A DNA stretch of 64,000 bases from a bacterium. Lineage in GTDB: Bacteria > Auribacterota > UBA3054. The stretch spans positions 26,586 through 90,585 of the forward strand of contig JAFZXZ010000017.1 in NCBI GenBank assembly GCA_017616555.1, given 5' to 3'. Below are positions 40,940 to 49,961 of this stretch, piece after piece. Each line of letters opens with the position of its first letter. The first letter of the stretch is position 1. Under the pieces are notes generated by a model. That model was given only the letters and a program-made list of their open reading frames with translations, did not search any database and was not told where the DNA came from. The translations under genes and the position numbers were made by a program.

Positions 40940-42481
40940 ATGGACAACAATATAATTGAACAGATCGATCCCGCGCCGCAGCCTGATCTTTTTCAGGCTG
41001 TGGCGCCGGAACCCACTTTTCTGGATCTTCTTCCAGCCAGTCACTGCGCTTTTCTAAGTTCAGAGCGGCGGTGGTATTACGCCACCATTCTCTATTTTCT
41101 CTTTCTGCGCCGCCAGGCCCATGAAGTCGAAAAGTATCACAACGATATCTACGACGCCGTCCAATCGCTCCTGGAAACTGCCGGCCCTTACAGCCAGCAG
41201 ACTTTCCGAGCCGACATGGAGCAGCTCATGCTCTGGGGCAACGTCGAGCGCCGCATCGAACCGAAAAGACTGCAGCACATCGCGGACAGGAGAGTGCAGA
41301 AATTCCTCTACCGCCTGACCGACCATACCAGGGCGCTATTGGAGAGTCTGTCGCTCGTACGCTCCGTGGAGAATCTGAACGCCGTCACGCTTGACCAGGA
41401 CCATCTTCTGGATCTTCAGGAACTCGTCGAAAAGATCGGCCTTTGCCTTTCCCGCGGCGAGAATTTGACGGATGCGGAATTGAGAAGGCTCGCCAGGAAC
41501 ATCTCTGAATTAGACAACCGCTGCCGCCTCGTCGCCAACGAGATCAGCGACTTCGGCGCCAGGATCGCGACTTTCAACATCGAGCCTTTCCAGCTCGAGA
41601 CTCTGCCGCAAATAATCGACCGCCTGGCCAGGTACGTTGACCAATATCTGCAGCGCGTGGCGAACCTGACGCCTCCCGTTTACAACGCGCTCTCGCGCTG
41701 GAATTCCCAGCAGGGGCTCGCCATTTTAAGGAACGCCAGGGAAGCGATGAGGCTGCACGCCGAGAACAATCCTCTGGCAGGCGCCCTGGCTGAGCAGGAC
41801 GACCCCATCGAACAGATGCTGGCGAGGCTTATCCCCTTCTTCGCTCCCGAAGGCGTCTTCCAGCTTCTCTGCCTCCGTGTCAACGAGCAGGTCAGGATAC
41901 TTATCAGCCGCATCAGGCAGTACCTCGACGACATCAGGCACCGCAACATCAGGATAAGGATCCTCCGCCGCCGCGCCAACGAATGCATCGGCGCTCCAGA
42001 TGAAGCGCTGCCGGAGATCAAAGCTTTCATAAGGGAGCTCTTCTCCGTCGGACAAATTTATAACGACATGGGCGGCGGCACTCCGGAAGACCGCGTTCCC
42101 CCGCCGAGGCCCAATTACTGGCGCCGCCGCGCCATAAGGCCGCCTTTCCGCAACGCCGCCATCATCGCCAAAACAGGCTCGGCAAGCGCCAGCCGCGAAC
42201 TGGAAAAAGCGAAGGCCAAACGCCTGAGGGACTTCATGCTCCTGAAAGCTTATCCAATGGGACAGCGCGGCCCCATCCATTTGTTCTCCCTTAAGAACAT
42301 GGACGACATCAGGAACTACATGGATTCCGTCAAGTTCTACAAGATCGGAAGGAAGCACGGCATCAGACTTGGGTACACCTTAAAGCAGCCTGACAAAAAC
42401 GCGCCGCAGGCGGAATTCAAAGGCGGGAAATGGTATTTCTCCTCCCCCGACTACACCGTAGATTTTCAGGAAAACAACTAA
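40940..42481 (+). CDS. JetA/MksF-like kleisin (DUF2397, TIGR02677-like)
   Basis: YATILYF...DMEQLMLWGNV...KFLYRLT resembles the DUF2397 N-terminus; first gene of a kleisin-KITE-SMC triad. Confidence 0.75.
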   Translation: MDNNIIEQIDPAPQPDLFQAVAPEPTFLDLLPASHCAFLSSERRWYYATILYFLFLRRQAHEVEKYHNDIYDAVQSLLETAGPYSQQTFRADMEQLMLWGNVERRIEPKRLQHIADRRVQKFLYRLTDHTRALLESLSLVRSVENLNAVTLDQDHLLDLQELVEKIGLCLSRGENLTDAELRRLARNISELDNRCRLVANEISDFGARIATFNIEPFQLETLPQIIDRLARYVDQYLQRVANLTPPVYNALSRWNSQQGLAILRNAREAMRLHAENNPLAGALAEQDDPIEQMLARLIPFFAPEGVFQLLCLRVNEQVRILISRIRQYLDDIRHRNIRIRILRRRANECIGAPDEALPEIKAFIRELFSVGQIYNDMGGGTPEDRVPPPRPNYWRRRAIRPPFRNAAIIAKTGSASASRELEKAKAKRLRDFMLLKAYPMGQRGPIHLFSLKNMDDIRNYMDSVKFYKIGRKHGIRLGYTLKQPDKNAPQAEFKGGKWYFSSPDYTVDFQENN

Positions 42482-42487
42482 AAGACT

Positions 42488-43228
42488 ATGAACGAACAAT
42501 ACTTTGAAAACGAGACGGAGAACTACTCCGACCAGATCGATCAGCTGAACATCCACAGCGTCAGGGCGCTTCTGAACGTGCTTTTGGAATCGCCCTTCTT
42601 CTACCAGACCGACGACCCGGACCTCTTCGCCTACCTGAGATTGAACCAGGAAGCCGTCGGCCACTTCTTCATGCGCTACTTCGGCTGGGAGCTCTACGTT
42701 GACCGCCAGGCTGCAAGAATAATAAAGCCGCAGCTCTACAACAATTCCTTGAAGCCGTCGCAAAGGGACATGTTCGACCTGACGAGAAGGGACGAATGCT
42801 CGGTCTTCATGCTGCTTTTGGAATTCTACGAAAAGCTCCTCAGGGACTTCAACTCCAATTACGACGACGATAAAAGGCTGCGCTTCCTCATCTCGGACTT
42901 CGTCCAGTACTGCTTCAACCGCTTCAACGAGGAGCTTGAGGACGGCGAATCGAGTGAGAAAGCGATAGTGGACGCCTGCCGCACGCTCTTCCCGAAGCTG
43001 ATAAAATACCGCTTCATCGAGCAGAAAGAAAAAGCCGAGGTCGGAAAAGACGAGCGCCTGCCGGAAGGCTTAGAGCAGCAGGTCATGTACGAATTTCTCC
43101 CCGGCATCCACTGCTACCGTCCGGACGTTCTCACCTTCAAGGAGATCGCCAGGCTCTACTCCAAGCAGGACGGAACTAAAGAAGAAGCTGACTTAAAGGA
43201 AGAAGAAACTGAACAGGAAAATTTTTAA
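42488..43228 (+). CDS. JetB/MksE-like KITE subunit (DUF2398, TIGR02678-like)
   Basis: LLESPFF...DPDLFAYLR...FFMRYFGWEL...ARIIK...LTRRDE; size and position. Confidence 0.72.
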   Translation: MNEQYFENETENYSDQIDQLNIHSVRALLNVLLESPFFYQTDDPDLFAYLRLNQEAVGHFFMRYFGWELYVDRQAARIIKPQLYNNSLKPSQRDMFDLTRRDECSVFMLLLEFYEKLLRDFNSNYDDDKRLRFLISDFVQYCFNRFNEELEDGESSEKAIVDACRTLFPKLIKYRFIEQKEKAEVGKDERLPEGLEQQVMYEFLPGIHCYRPDVLTFKEIARLYSKQDGTKEEADLKEEETEQENF

Positions 43229-43232
43229 ATAG

Positions 43233-46200
43233 GTGAATACGATGAACGGAAACCACAGTTGGGAAAACGCTTTGAATTTGAGGGCATTGCGCCTTATCAA
43301 TTTCCATAACTTCGCCGACGAGACCATAAAGATCCACGGCAGCCTCTTTCTCATGGGCAACAACGGCACCGGCAAGACGACCATAATAGACGCGGTGCAA
43401 TTAGCCCTGACCGGCGGACAAAGGCTGATGTTCAACGCCGCTACCGTAATAGGCGGGCGCTCGGAATCCGGCCGCAGCCTTTCCGGCGTTCTGCTTCAGC
43501 ACAACTTCGAGACCGGCAAAGTTGGCCGTGCCGGCGGCGCAGTCGGCTACGTCGCCCTCGAACTGCTCGATCCCAAGAGCCAGAACCCCGTGACGATAGG
43601 CGTCGGCGCCTTCGCCGAGAATCTCGACCAGCGTCCGGAAATGTGGGGCTTCATTGTTGACGCTCCCCTCTCCGACGTCCAGCTCACCGTTAGGGTGAAC
43701 GACGTTTCCGAAGCGCCCCAGTACCGCCCCGTGGACAAGAAGGAACTGCCAGGCTTGGTCGGCAAGACGCGAGTTTACGACATCGGGCGCTACCGCACGC
43801 AGGTCGCGAACCGCTTCTTCGGCGGACGCTCGAATTTTGAGCGCGTGGCCGATCTCTTAAAGGCCAGCAAATCCTACAAGGACCTGGTCGTCAAAGCCCG
43901 CGACTTCGAAGGCCTCTTCGCGGCCCTCTTGCCCGCTCCCGACCACCAGGTCTTCCAGGACATCGAAACGACGCTGCAGAACCTGGAGACCATCGAGAGC
44001 GACATCAAAGGCCTTAAGAAAGAAGCCGAGCTGCTCGATGAGGCGAACAAGACCGTAGCCAAGATCGCTTCCTCCAAAGCGAGGATCGAGGAATGCCGCT
44101 ACCTGAAGCTAAGGAACTCCCTAAACAACCTCGCCTCGGAATTAAAGAGCCAGGAAAGAGCCGTCGCCGTCAACCGCCAGAACCAGATCGACGCCAAGAA
44201 CAAACTTGACGACCTCCTGCCGAAACTCGAGCAGACAAGGACGACCTTGGCTGAAGTGAGGACCGGCACCGGCGCCAAGCTCTGGGAAGAAGCGGAACGC
44301 CTTGAAAAAGAACTGGCGAAACTGAAAGAGGATTCCGTCACCTTCAAGGAAGAAACGGAAAAAGAATTGCAGAAGCAGGCTACGCTTGAAAAGGACAAGG
44401 CGAACGCCAACGCCGACGTTTTGGAAGCCATCCGCTCCCAGAACGCCATAATAAAGACCATATCTGTTCCGGTCTGCCCCGAGACAGTGAAAGAAGCCTC
44501 TGACCATCTTTCCAAAACGATCGCCTCTTTGAAGAAAGCTTACAAGAACGCCGAGGAAACGACCGAGTGCGACACCGAAGCGCTCTCCCGCTCCCAGAAG
44601 CTGGCAGTAAGGGCCGCCGACAACCTGCTGCAGGCCTTAAGAGACGAAAAGCAGACTCTCTCTCTGCGACTTTCCGACTTGGAAAGGGAAGGCAAAGTGA
44701 CGGCCGCCGTCCCGACCATGGAAGTGATGCCCAGAGTCATCGGCTACAGGGATTTTCTGGACGCGCTGAAGAGAGAAGGCCTGAAAGCCGAGCCGCTCTT
44801 TTCTATGCTCGATTTCGCGCCCAATACGCCGCCCCAGCTCATGAACCTGATCGAGTCTTTCCTTGGCGACGAATGGCTCGGCACCATCATCCCCGAAGAG
44901 GAGGATCTCGAAGAAGTCATAAGGTTGGCCGGCAAAGCCAATCCCGGGATCAGGATAGCCGACACTTCCCGCCTCATGGCCACGAAGAGCCCGAAACCCC
45001 TGGACAATTCCATCGCCAAATATCTGAAGACCGCGAACGGCTTCGCCCGCTGCTTTGTTGACACTCAGCTCGGCAAGATCAGGATCTGCGACCTGGCCGC
45101 CACTCCGGACGGCGACTGGCTGTCCCGAGAAGGCCTTGTCAAAGAGCGCGCCGTTTACCGCTACATCAAGCGTGAAGCGGAAGGACTCCTTGGCAAAGCG
45201 CGCCGCCAGGCCGCCCAGGAAAAACTCCTGACCGAACAGAAGATCAAAAATAAAGAGCTCAGCAATATCGCCGACGGCCTCAGGAAAAAGCAAGCCTCCC
45301 TCAGCGAAACGATTGAAACGATCTACAAGATAAAGATCCAGCTGGAAGAAAAAGTCTCGCCATGGCTCATCGCCCACCGCCTCACCCAGAGAGCCGCCAA
45401 CGACAAGCTCCTCAATGAAATGAAGGAAAGAGTCGAGAAAGCCCAGAGCCTGCAGGCCAAATCCCAGCGCCAGATCGTGAGGATCACCAAGCAGATCAAG
45501 GAGCTAAGAGAGGACAAGCAGTTCCAGACCACCGGCGACATCCACAAACAGCTAGACATCCTAAAAAAGCGCCTGACGGAAGAAGAGAAGGAACGCGAGG
45601 AGCTCGTCGAAATGATCGCCCGCTACAAGGAACGCGTCTCCATTCTGGAAGCCCAGAACGCCAAGACCAGGCTCAGCTACAACGAAGCCGTGAACCAGGC
45701 GGCCGACAAGAAGAAACTTCTGGAAGACAGCCTCTCTGAAGAATACCCCGACCTCGAGAGCTACCTCAAGGAGACCTACGGCGCAGAGAACGTCCAGGAA
45801 GGAAGATTGGCCGAGATAATAAAGATCCAGGAGCGCGTAATAAACCGCGAGATCGGAAGCTTAGTTGGCAGCGACGACTCCCGCTCCAAGGGCGGACTCA
45901 TCCACCATGAGCTGCTCTGGACGAAATATGCCTTCACCTACCGCGAGGACATCAACGACCTCATCGACCAGGACGGCCGCGACCTCAAGACCATAACCTT
46001 GAAACTGAACGACCAGCTCACCCAGCTCGAGAATTCCGTCAGCGACAACAGAAGAAAACTTCTCGAGAAAACGATCCTGGGCGATCTCTCCAACCAGTAC
46101 ACCAGGGACCTCTACAGGTTGAAAGAGAGTTTGGAAGCCGTCAACCTCATGCTGGAAGGCCTTAGTTTCGGCCGCTCCCAGTACCGCTTCACCCAGAAGA

Positions 46201-47042
46201 TCAAGAATGAATACCGTCAGGTTTACGGCATCGTCAGAAGAGCCGGCGACATCGACGAAGACAGCCAGGAGCAGCTGAAAGCCTTCTTCGAATCTAAGAT
46301 CGGCGAACTGCGCATGCAGCCAGACGGCTCTCTCCCCTCCTTCCTTGACTACCGCCACTGGTTCGACTACCAGCTGCATGTGAAAGTCGTAGGCACCGAG
46401 GGCGAAGGCATCGAGTTGACGAACGACATCCGCCGCCTTGGTTCCGGCGGCGAACAGGCCGTGCCGAACTATCTTCTCATAATGGCCATGAGCGCTTTGC
46501 TCTACAACCAGATCAACGCCAGGATCCGCTTCCTCCTCTTCGACGAAGCCTTCTACGGCATCGACGCGGAAAGAAGAGAAGAATTGCTGCGCTTCGCCAA
46601 CAGACTCGGCCTCTCCCTTGTCATCGCCACTCCGGAAATGGACGGCGTCACGGAAGCCATGCGCGAATCCACCACGCTCCTCCTTGAAAAGAACGCCAAC
46701 AACGAGATCTTCATCGGCAACTTCGTCTGGGAATCCCAGGAAGGCCAGCAAATGGATATCTTCAACCAGGAAGCGAACGAAGAGGAGACCTACACCATCG
46801 GCGTGAAGAAAGAGAAAACTCCCGAACCGGAACCCGAGCCCGAACCCGAGCCCGAACCGGAACCCGAACCGAAGCCCGCTCCCAAGAAGACGCTTGCCAA
46901 ACCAAAACCGGCAAAGAAACCCGCACCCAAAAAAGCGCCCGCCAAAGCGGTCAAAAAGCCCGCTCCGAAAAAGCCCGCCAAACCCGCTCCCAAAGCGAAG
47001 CCGAAAGCCAAAGCTAAAGCCAAACCCAAAGGCAAAAAATAA
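43233..47042 (+). CDS. JetC/MksB-like SMC ATPase with Pro/Glu linker and Lys/Ala/Pro-rich tail
   Basis: LINFHNF, Walker A GNNGTGKTT, long coiled coils around a hinge region, LDYRHWF, signature GSGGE, Walker B LLFDEAF. Confidence 0.88.
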   Translation: MNTMNGNHSWENALNLRALRLINFHNFADETIKIHGSLFLMGNNGTGKTTIIDAVQLALTGGQRLMFNAATVIGGRSESGRSLSGVLLQHNFETGKVGRAGGAVGYVALELLDPKSQNPVTIGVGAFAENLDQRPEMWGFIVDAPLSDVQLTVRVNDVSEAPQYRPVDKKELPGLVGKTRVYDIGRYRTQVANRFFGGRSNFERVADLLKASKSYKDLVVKARDFEGLFAALLPAPDHQVFQDIETTLQNLETIESDIKGLKKEAELLDEANKTVAKIASSKARIEECRYLKLRNSLNNLASELKSQERAVAVNRQNQIDAKNKLDDLLPKLEQTRTTLAEVRTGTGAKLWEEAERLEKELAKLKEDSVTFKEETEKELQKQATLEKDKANANADVLEAIRSQNAIIKTISVPVCPETVKEASDHLSKTIASLKKAYKNAEETTECDTEALSRSQKLAVRAADNLLQALRDEKQTLSLRLSDLEREGKVTAAVPTMEVMPRVIGYRDFLDALKREGLKAEPLFSMLDFAPNTPPQLMNLIESFLGDEWLGTIIPEEEDLEEVIRLAGKANPGIRIADTSRLMATKSPKPLDNSIAKYLKTANGFARCFVDTQLGKIRICDLAATPDGDWLSREGLVKERAVYRYIKREAEGLLGKARRQAAQEKLLTEQKIKNKELSNIADGLRKKQASLSETIETIYKIKIQLEEKVSPWLIAHRLTQRAANDKLLNEMKERVEKAQSLQAKSQRQIVRITKQIKELREDKQFQTTGDIHKQLDILKKRLTEEEKEREELVEMIARYKERVSILEAQNAKTRLSYNEAVNQAADKKKLLEDSLSEEYPDLESYLKETYGAENVQEGRLAEIIKIQERVINREIGSLVGSDDSRSKGGLIHHELLWTKYAFTYREDINDLIDQDGRDLKTITLKLNDQLTQLENSVSDNRRKLLEKTILGDLSNQYTRDLYRLKESLEAVNLMLEGLSFGRSQYRFTQKIKNEYRQVYGIVRRAGDIDEDSQEQLKAFFESKIGELRMQPDGSLPSFLDYRHWFDYQLHVKVVGTEGEGIELTNDIRRLGSGGEQAVPNYLLIMAMSALLYNQINARIRFLLFDEAFYGIDAERREELLRFANRLGLSLVIATPEMDGVTEAMRESTTLLLEKNANNEIFIGNFVWESQEGQQMDIFNQEANEEETYTIGVKKEKTPEPEPEPEPEPEPEPEPKPAPKKTLAKPKPAKKPAPKKAPAKAVKKPAPKKPAKPAPKAKPKAKAKAKPKGKK
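46821..47039 (+). repeat. (PE)n repeat followed by KPAPKK/KAKP repeats
   Basis: cccgaaccggaacccgag repeats, then Lys/Pro/Ala codon repeats. Confidence 0.85.
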
Positions 47043-47440
47043 TGGATCCCAAGACCGCGCAAGAACTCGTTGATCAAGCCATTTCCGCCCGTGAAAAAGC
47101 CTACGCCCCCTACTCCAAATTTCAGGTGGGCGCCGCCATCCTCACCAAGGACGGAAAGACCTACCAAGGCTGCAACATCGAGAACGCCTCATACGGGGCC
47201 ACCATCTGCGCGGAACGCGCCGCCGTTTGCAACATGATAGCGAACGGCGGCACGGATCCAATAGCCATCGCCATCTGCTACAACGCGGAGGAATTCGCCG
47301 TCCCCTGCGGCATCTGCCGCCAGGTGCTCTCGGAGTTCTCCCCTAAGGGCGACCTCACGATCCTCATGGCCAAGACCGACGGCACATACCGGGAGACTAC
47401 GCTTTCCGCCCTTCTCCCCGCTTCCTTCAAGCTGAATTGA
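47042..47440 (+). CDS. cdd: Cytidine deaminase (homotetrameric type)
   Basis: AYAPYSKFQVGAA, GCNIENASY, CAER, PCGICRQ; TAATG overlap with the SMC gene. Confidence 0.93.
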   Translation: MDPKTAQELVDQAISAREKAYAPYSKFQVGAAILTKDGKTYQGCNIENASYGATICAERAAVCNMIANGGTDPIAIAICYNAEEFAVPCGICRQVLSEFSPKGDLTILMAKTDGTYRETTLSALLPASFKLN

Positions 47441-47968
47441 TCACTTCCATTCCTGGCGAAGGATGCGCAGCATGATGAAGTCGCTGTACTCGTTGTCGTA
47501 ATAGTACGCTTCTTCCAAAACGCCTTCTTGCTTGAATCCAATCTTTTTGTAGAAATTCAAAGCGTTCGTGTTCAGAGCTACCACGCCTATGGAAACGCGG
47601 TGCATGGATAATTCCTTGAAGGCCATGTCCAGCATGATCGTGATCGCTTCCGTCCCGTATCCCTTGCGCTGATTCTTCGGGTCAGGAATGATTATCGTAA
47701 GGTCAGTCTGATGCCAGGCGGGGAACATGCGCAAGAGGCCGGTCTCGCCGATAACGTTTCCCTCGAGGTCCGTGATCGTATACCAGACCGAATCCTCGGA
47801 CCTGTGTGCGACGGTGATGCGCTTTTTTTCCTCTTCCTCGTCGGTGGGTTTCTCGAAGCCGCACTGGAACATTACTTCCGGCTTGTTGAACCAATGGGCA
47901 AAATACTTTGCGTCCTCTTCCTTTTGCTCGCGCAAAACGACGCTTTTTCCTCTGATCTCTTTTCGCAT
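47441..47968 (-). CDS. GNAT acetyltransferase, RimJ/RimL-like
   Basis: RKGYGTEA, NALNFYKKIGFKQEG. Confidence 0.85.
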   Translation of the reverse strand: MRKEIRGKSVVLREQKEEDAKYFAHWFNKPEVMFQCGFEKPTDEEEEKKRITVAHRSEDSVWYTITDLEGNVIGETGLLRMFPAWHQTDLTIIIPDPKNQRKGYGTEAITIMLDMAFKELSMHRVSIGVVALNTNALNFYKKIGFKQEGVLEEAYYYDNEYSDFIMLRILRQEWK

Positions 47969-47983
47969 ATATTTACCTCGAAA

Positions 47984-48265
47984 TCATTCCGGATACCGAC
48001 GGGATGTATGCAGGAAGGAAACGACTATAAGCTCATTCCCATCCACCATGTACACTATGATGTAAGGCGTATTGAGCACCAAAAACTCATAGGTGCCATT
48101 TACCCTGCCTGGGTGACCTATGCGGGGTTCCGAAGCCAGCAGATCGAGAGTCTGCATAATGCGAACTATGACGTCTCTGGCCGCCGAGCGGTTATCCGCG
48201 AAGATGTGCTCGTAGCCGTTTTTCAGATCTTCCGCGGCTAATTTTGTGTACTTAATCTTAAGCAT
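47984..48265 (-). CDS. RelE/ParE family toxin
   Basis: YTKLAAEDL, DNRSAA, PRIGHPGRVNGTYE, PYIIVY, LHTSR; TGATG overlap with the antitoxin. Confidence 0.88.
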   Translation of the reverse strand: MLKIKYTKLAAEDLKNGYEHIFADNRSAARDVIVRIMQTLDLLASEPRIGHPGRVNGTYEFLVLNTPYIIVYMVDGNELIVVSFLHTSRRYPE

Positions 48266-48495
48266 CAGCGCATCCATTTCTCCAAAATGTCACGCATCTC
48301 TTTGTCCGTGGCGAACTGTTTTTTCTTCGCCTGCTTCACGCCCTCCTCAATATGGGCGACCTGCCAGTCCTGCAAAGAGAGATAGTAATTGATCGCTTCG
48401 TTGATAATGAAGCTTCGGTCGCGCTTTTGGGCCGCTGCCAGCTGGTCGAGTTTCTTCTTCGTTTCCTCTTCGGTCCTGAACGATATGGTATTCAT
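48265..48495 (-). CDS. CopG/RHH antitoxin
   Basis: MNTISFRTEEETKKKLDQLA...RDRSFIINEAI; start 48495 lies downstream of its promoter. Confidence 0.88.
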   Translation of the reverse strand: MNTISFRTEEETKKKLDQLAAAQKRDRSFIINEAINYYLSLQDWQVAHIEEGVKQAKKKQFATDKEMRDILEKWMR

Positions 48496-48517
48496 AATAT
48501 TATCCTGTATTTTTTTG

Positions 48518-48557
48518 TAATACGCTGTATTATACAATATCGCTCGAACCTTAGCAA
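48518..48557 (-). promoter_or_regulatory. TA operon promoter with palindromic operator
   Basis: TTGCTA (48557-48552)-17 bp-TATAAT (48534-48529); TAATAC-GCT-GTATTA palindrome 48518-48532 overlaps the -10. Confidence 0.7.
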
Positions 48558-48567
48558 GCCAAGCGGC

Positions 48568-48602
48568 AAAAAAAGCGACCGACGACTTTTCGTCGCCGGT
48601 CG
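48568..48602 (-). terminator. Rho-independent terminator
   Basis: CGACCGGCGACG-AAAA-GTCGTCGGTCG stem followed by T7 on the minus strand. Confidence 0.7.
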
Positions 48603-48632
48603 AAAGCTGCAGAGCTAGTAACCTAGAATAGA

Positions 48633-49562
48633 TTATTCTGTTTCTTGCTGTTTTATTCTGTAATAGTTGGTATACCAATCGTTGGCATGACCGGAACGCC
48701 ATTGGGATACCACTTCGGTAGATTTCTTCCACTGGCCATTTTTGCCAAAGGTCGCAACATATTTGGTTTTAATACCGCCTTTGATTTCATGTTCATAGGT
48801 GGAATCTTCATTAAAGTTTTGTTCAACAATGACTTTGTTGTCTTGGACGGTAATCTTCCTGTCATAGGTGTATTTGGCTTGTCCCCAGAACAAAAGTTCT
48901 TCACGTTTGGGGAGTATTTTATGAAAAGGAAGAGCGGCGCTTCTCATTATTCTACCATAAACAATGGCCTCTGTATCTGAAACAAAGTTGGTATAGTATG
49001 CCCAGTCGTCCTGAGCCCATAAATGCCCCGGATATTGATTGGCAATGCGCGCGAACCACTCTGTATTCGGCATATACGGAAGCACCGGCCGAGCATCTTT
49101 CTTGCGGGGCTTAAAGGTATAGGACGCCACAGATTCTTCCGCAATGTTCGTCGGGCAGGTTTCCATCAAGGTTTGTGCTTTCCACTCATCTGACGTGCTT
49201 TGTTCTTTACGATGACGGCTGACCACCTTTAATGTCTGTTGATTGTTTTCCAAAGGATTGGTCGTGCCTGTCTTACCCCAATAATTCTTGCTTTGTGCCC
49301 ACACAACATCATTGGTCGTCTTACCTTTCTTTGTGTATAGATACGACTTTTCAACAGAGCCGTCTTCACGGGGTGTTTCTGTTTCCTTCTTGTATTTTTC
49401 TTTATAATTGTCCGTTGTCTCTGCGTTTAAGGACATTTCTGTTGCGCGTTCCTGTGTGGACCAGAATCCGTTGCTCAATACATCATGAACGGTAATGCCC
49501 AAGACCTCACCGACAATCAAAAGAACACCCAACGCCGATGAATATAACCATTTTTCATTCAT
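48633..49562 (-). CDS. Hypothetical exported protein, AT-richer than neighbours
   Basis: AGGAG RBS, N-terminal hydrophobic segment, own promoter and terminator; no family recognised. Confidence 0.65.
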   Translation of the reverse strand: MNEKWLYSSALGVLLIVGEVLGITVHDVLSNGFWSTQERATEMSLNAETTDNYKEKYKKETETPREDGSVEKSYLYTKKGKTTNDVVWAQSKNYWGKTGTTNPLENNQQTLKVVSRHRKEQSTSDEWKAQTLMETCPTNIAEESVASYTFKPRKKDARPVLPYMPNTEWFARIANQYPGHLWAQDDWAYYTNFVSDTEAIVYGRIMRSAALPFHKILPKREELLFWGQAKYTYDRKITVQDNKVIVEQNFNEDSTYEHEIKGGIKTKYVATFGKNGQWKKSTEVVSQWRSGHANDWYTNYYRIKQQETE

Positions 49563-49633
49563 TGAATTCTCCTAAAATTCAATTAAAAAATTCTCTTGCG
49601 CAATGAATTGCGTAATTCCGTAATTTTTCTATT

Positions 49634-49660
49634 ATTTTAATCAAAAAAAAAAAAAAGCAA
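49634..49660 (-). promoter_or_regulatory. Promoter with a T14 homopolymer in the -35/-10 spacer
   Basis: TTGCTT (49660-49655)-15 bp-TAAAAT (49639-49634); A14 at 49643-49656 on the plus strand. Confidence 0.55.
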
Positions 49661-49961
49661 GTCTTGGAAAAGCTTTTATCCATGCGGAATTGCAGAGATT
49701 GCGCTTGCAATCGCCTTTAAAACAAGTTGTTCGCAAGCGCGTGTTTTTAAGATTTGATTTTCAAGTTCGTACTTAAGCAGACGGTTTAAAATGTGAAACG
49801 GTCAGATCGTTTAATTATATCGAGAAGCTGTTTTTGTCAGTTTTTCCTACGCTTTGTCCCCTGTTTCCCTACGGGTCGTTTCCGGTTTGGCTGGCAGATT
49901 AATTTATTGAAATATCCTAATATATGCGCGTAGTTTTAAAATCAAAAAGAGCGAACTTAAT

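Noticed and set aside
48496-48732. N-terminal extension of the antitoxin ORF as given in the track (start 48732)
   Set aside because: It spans a terminator and the TA promoter; the RHH domain begins at ATG 48495
49780-49880. Possible decayed HTH remnant on the minus strand (KQLLDIIKRSD)
   Set aside because: Too short and interrupted by stops to support a pseudogene call
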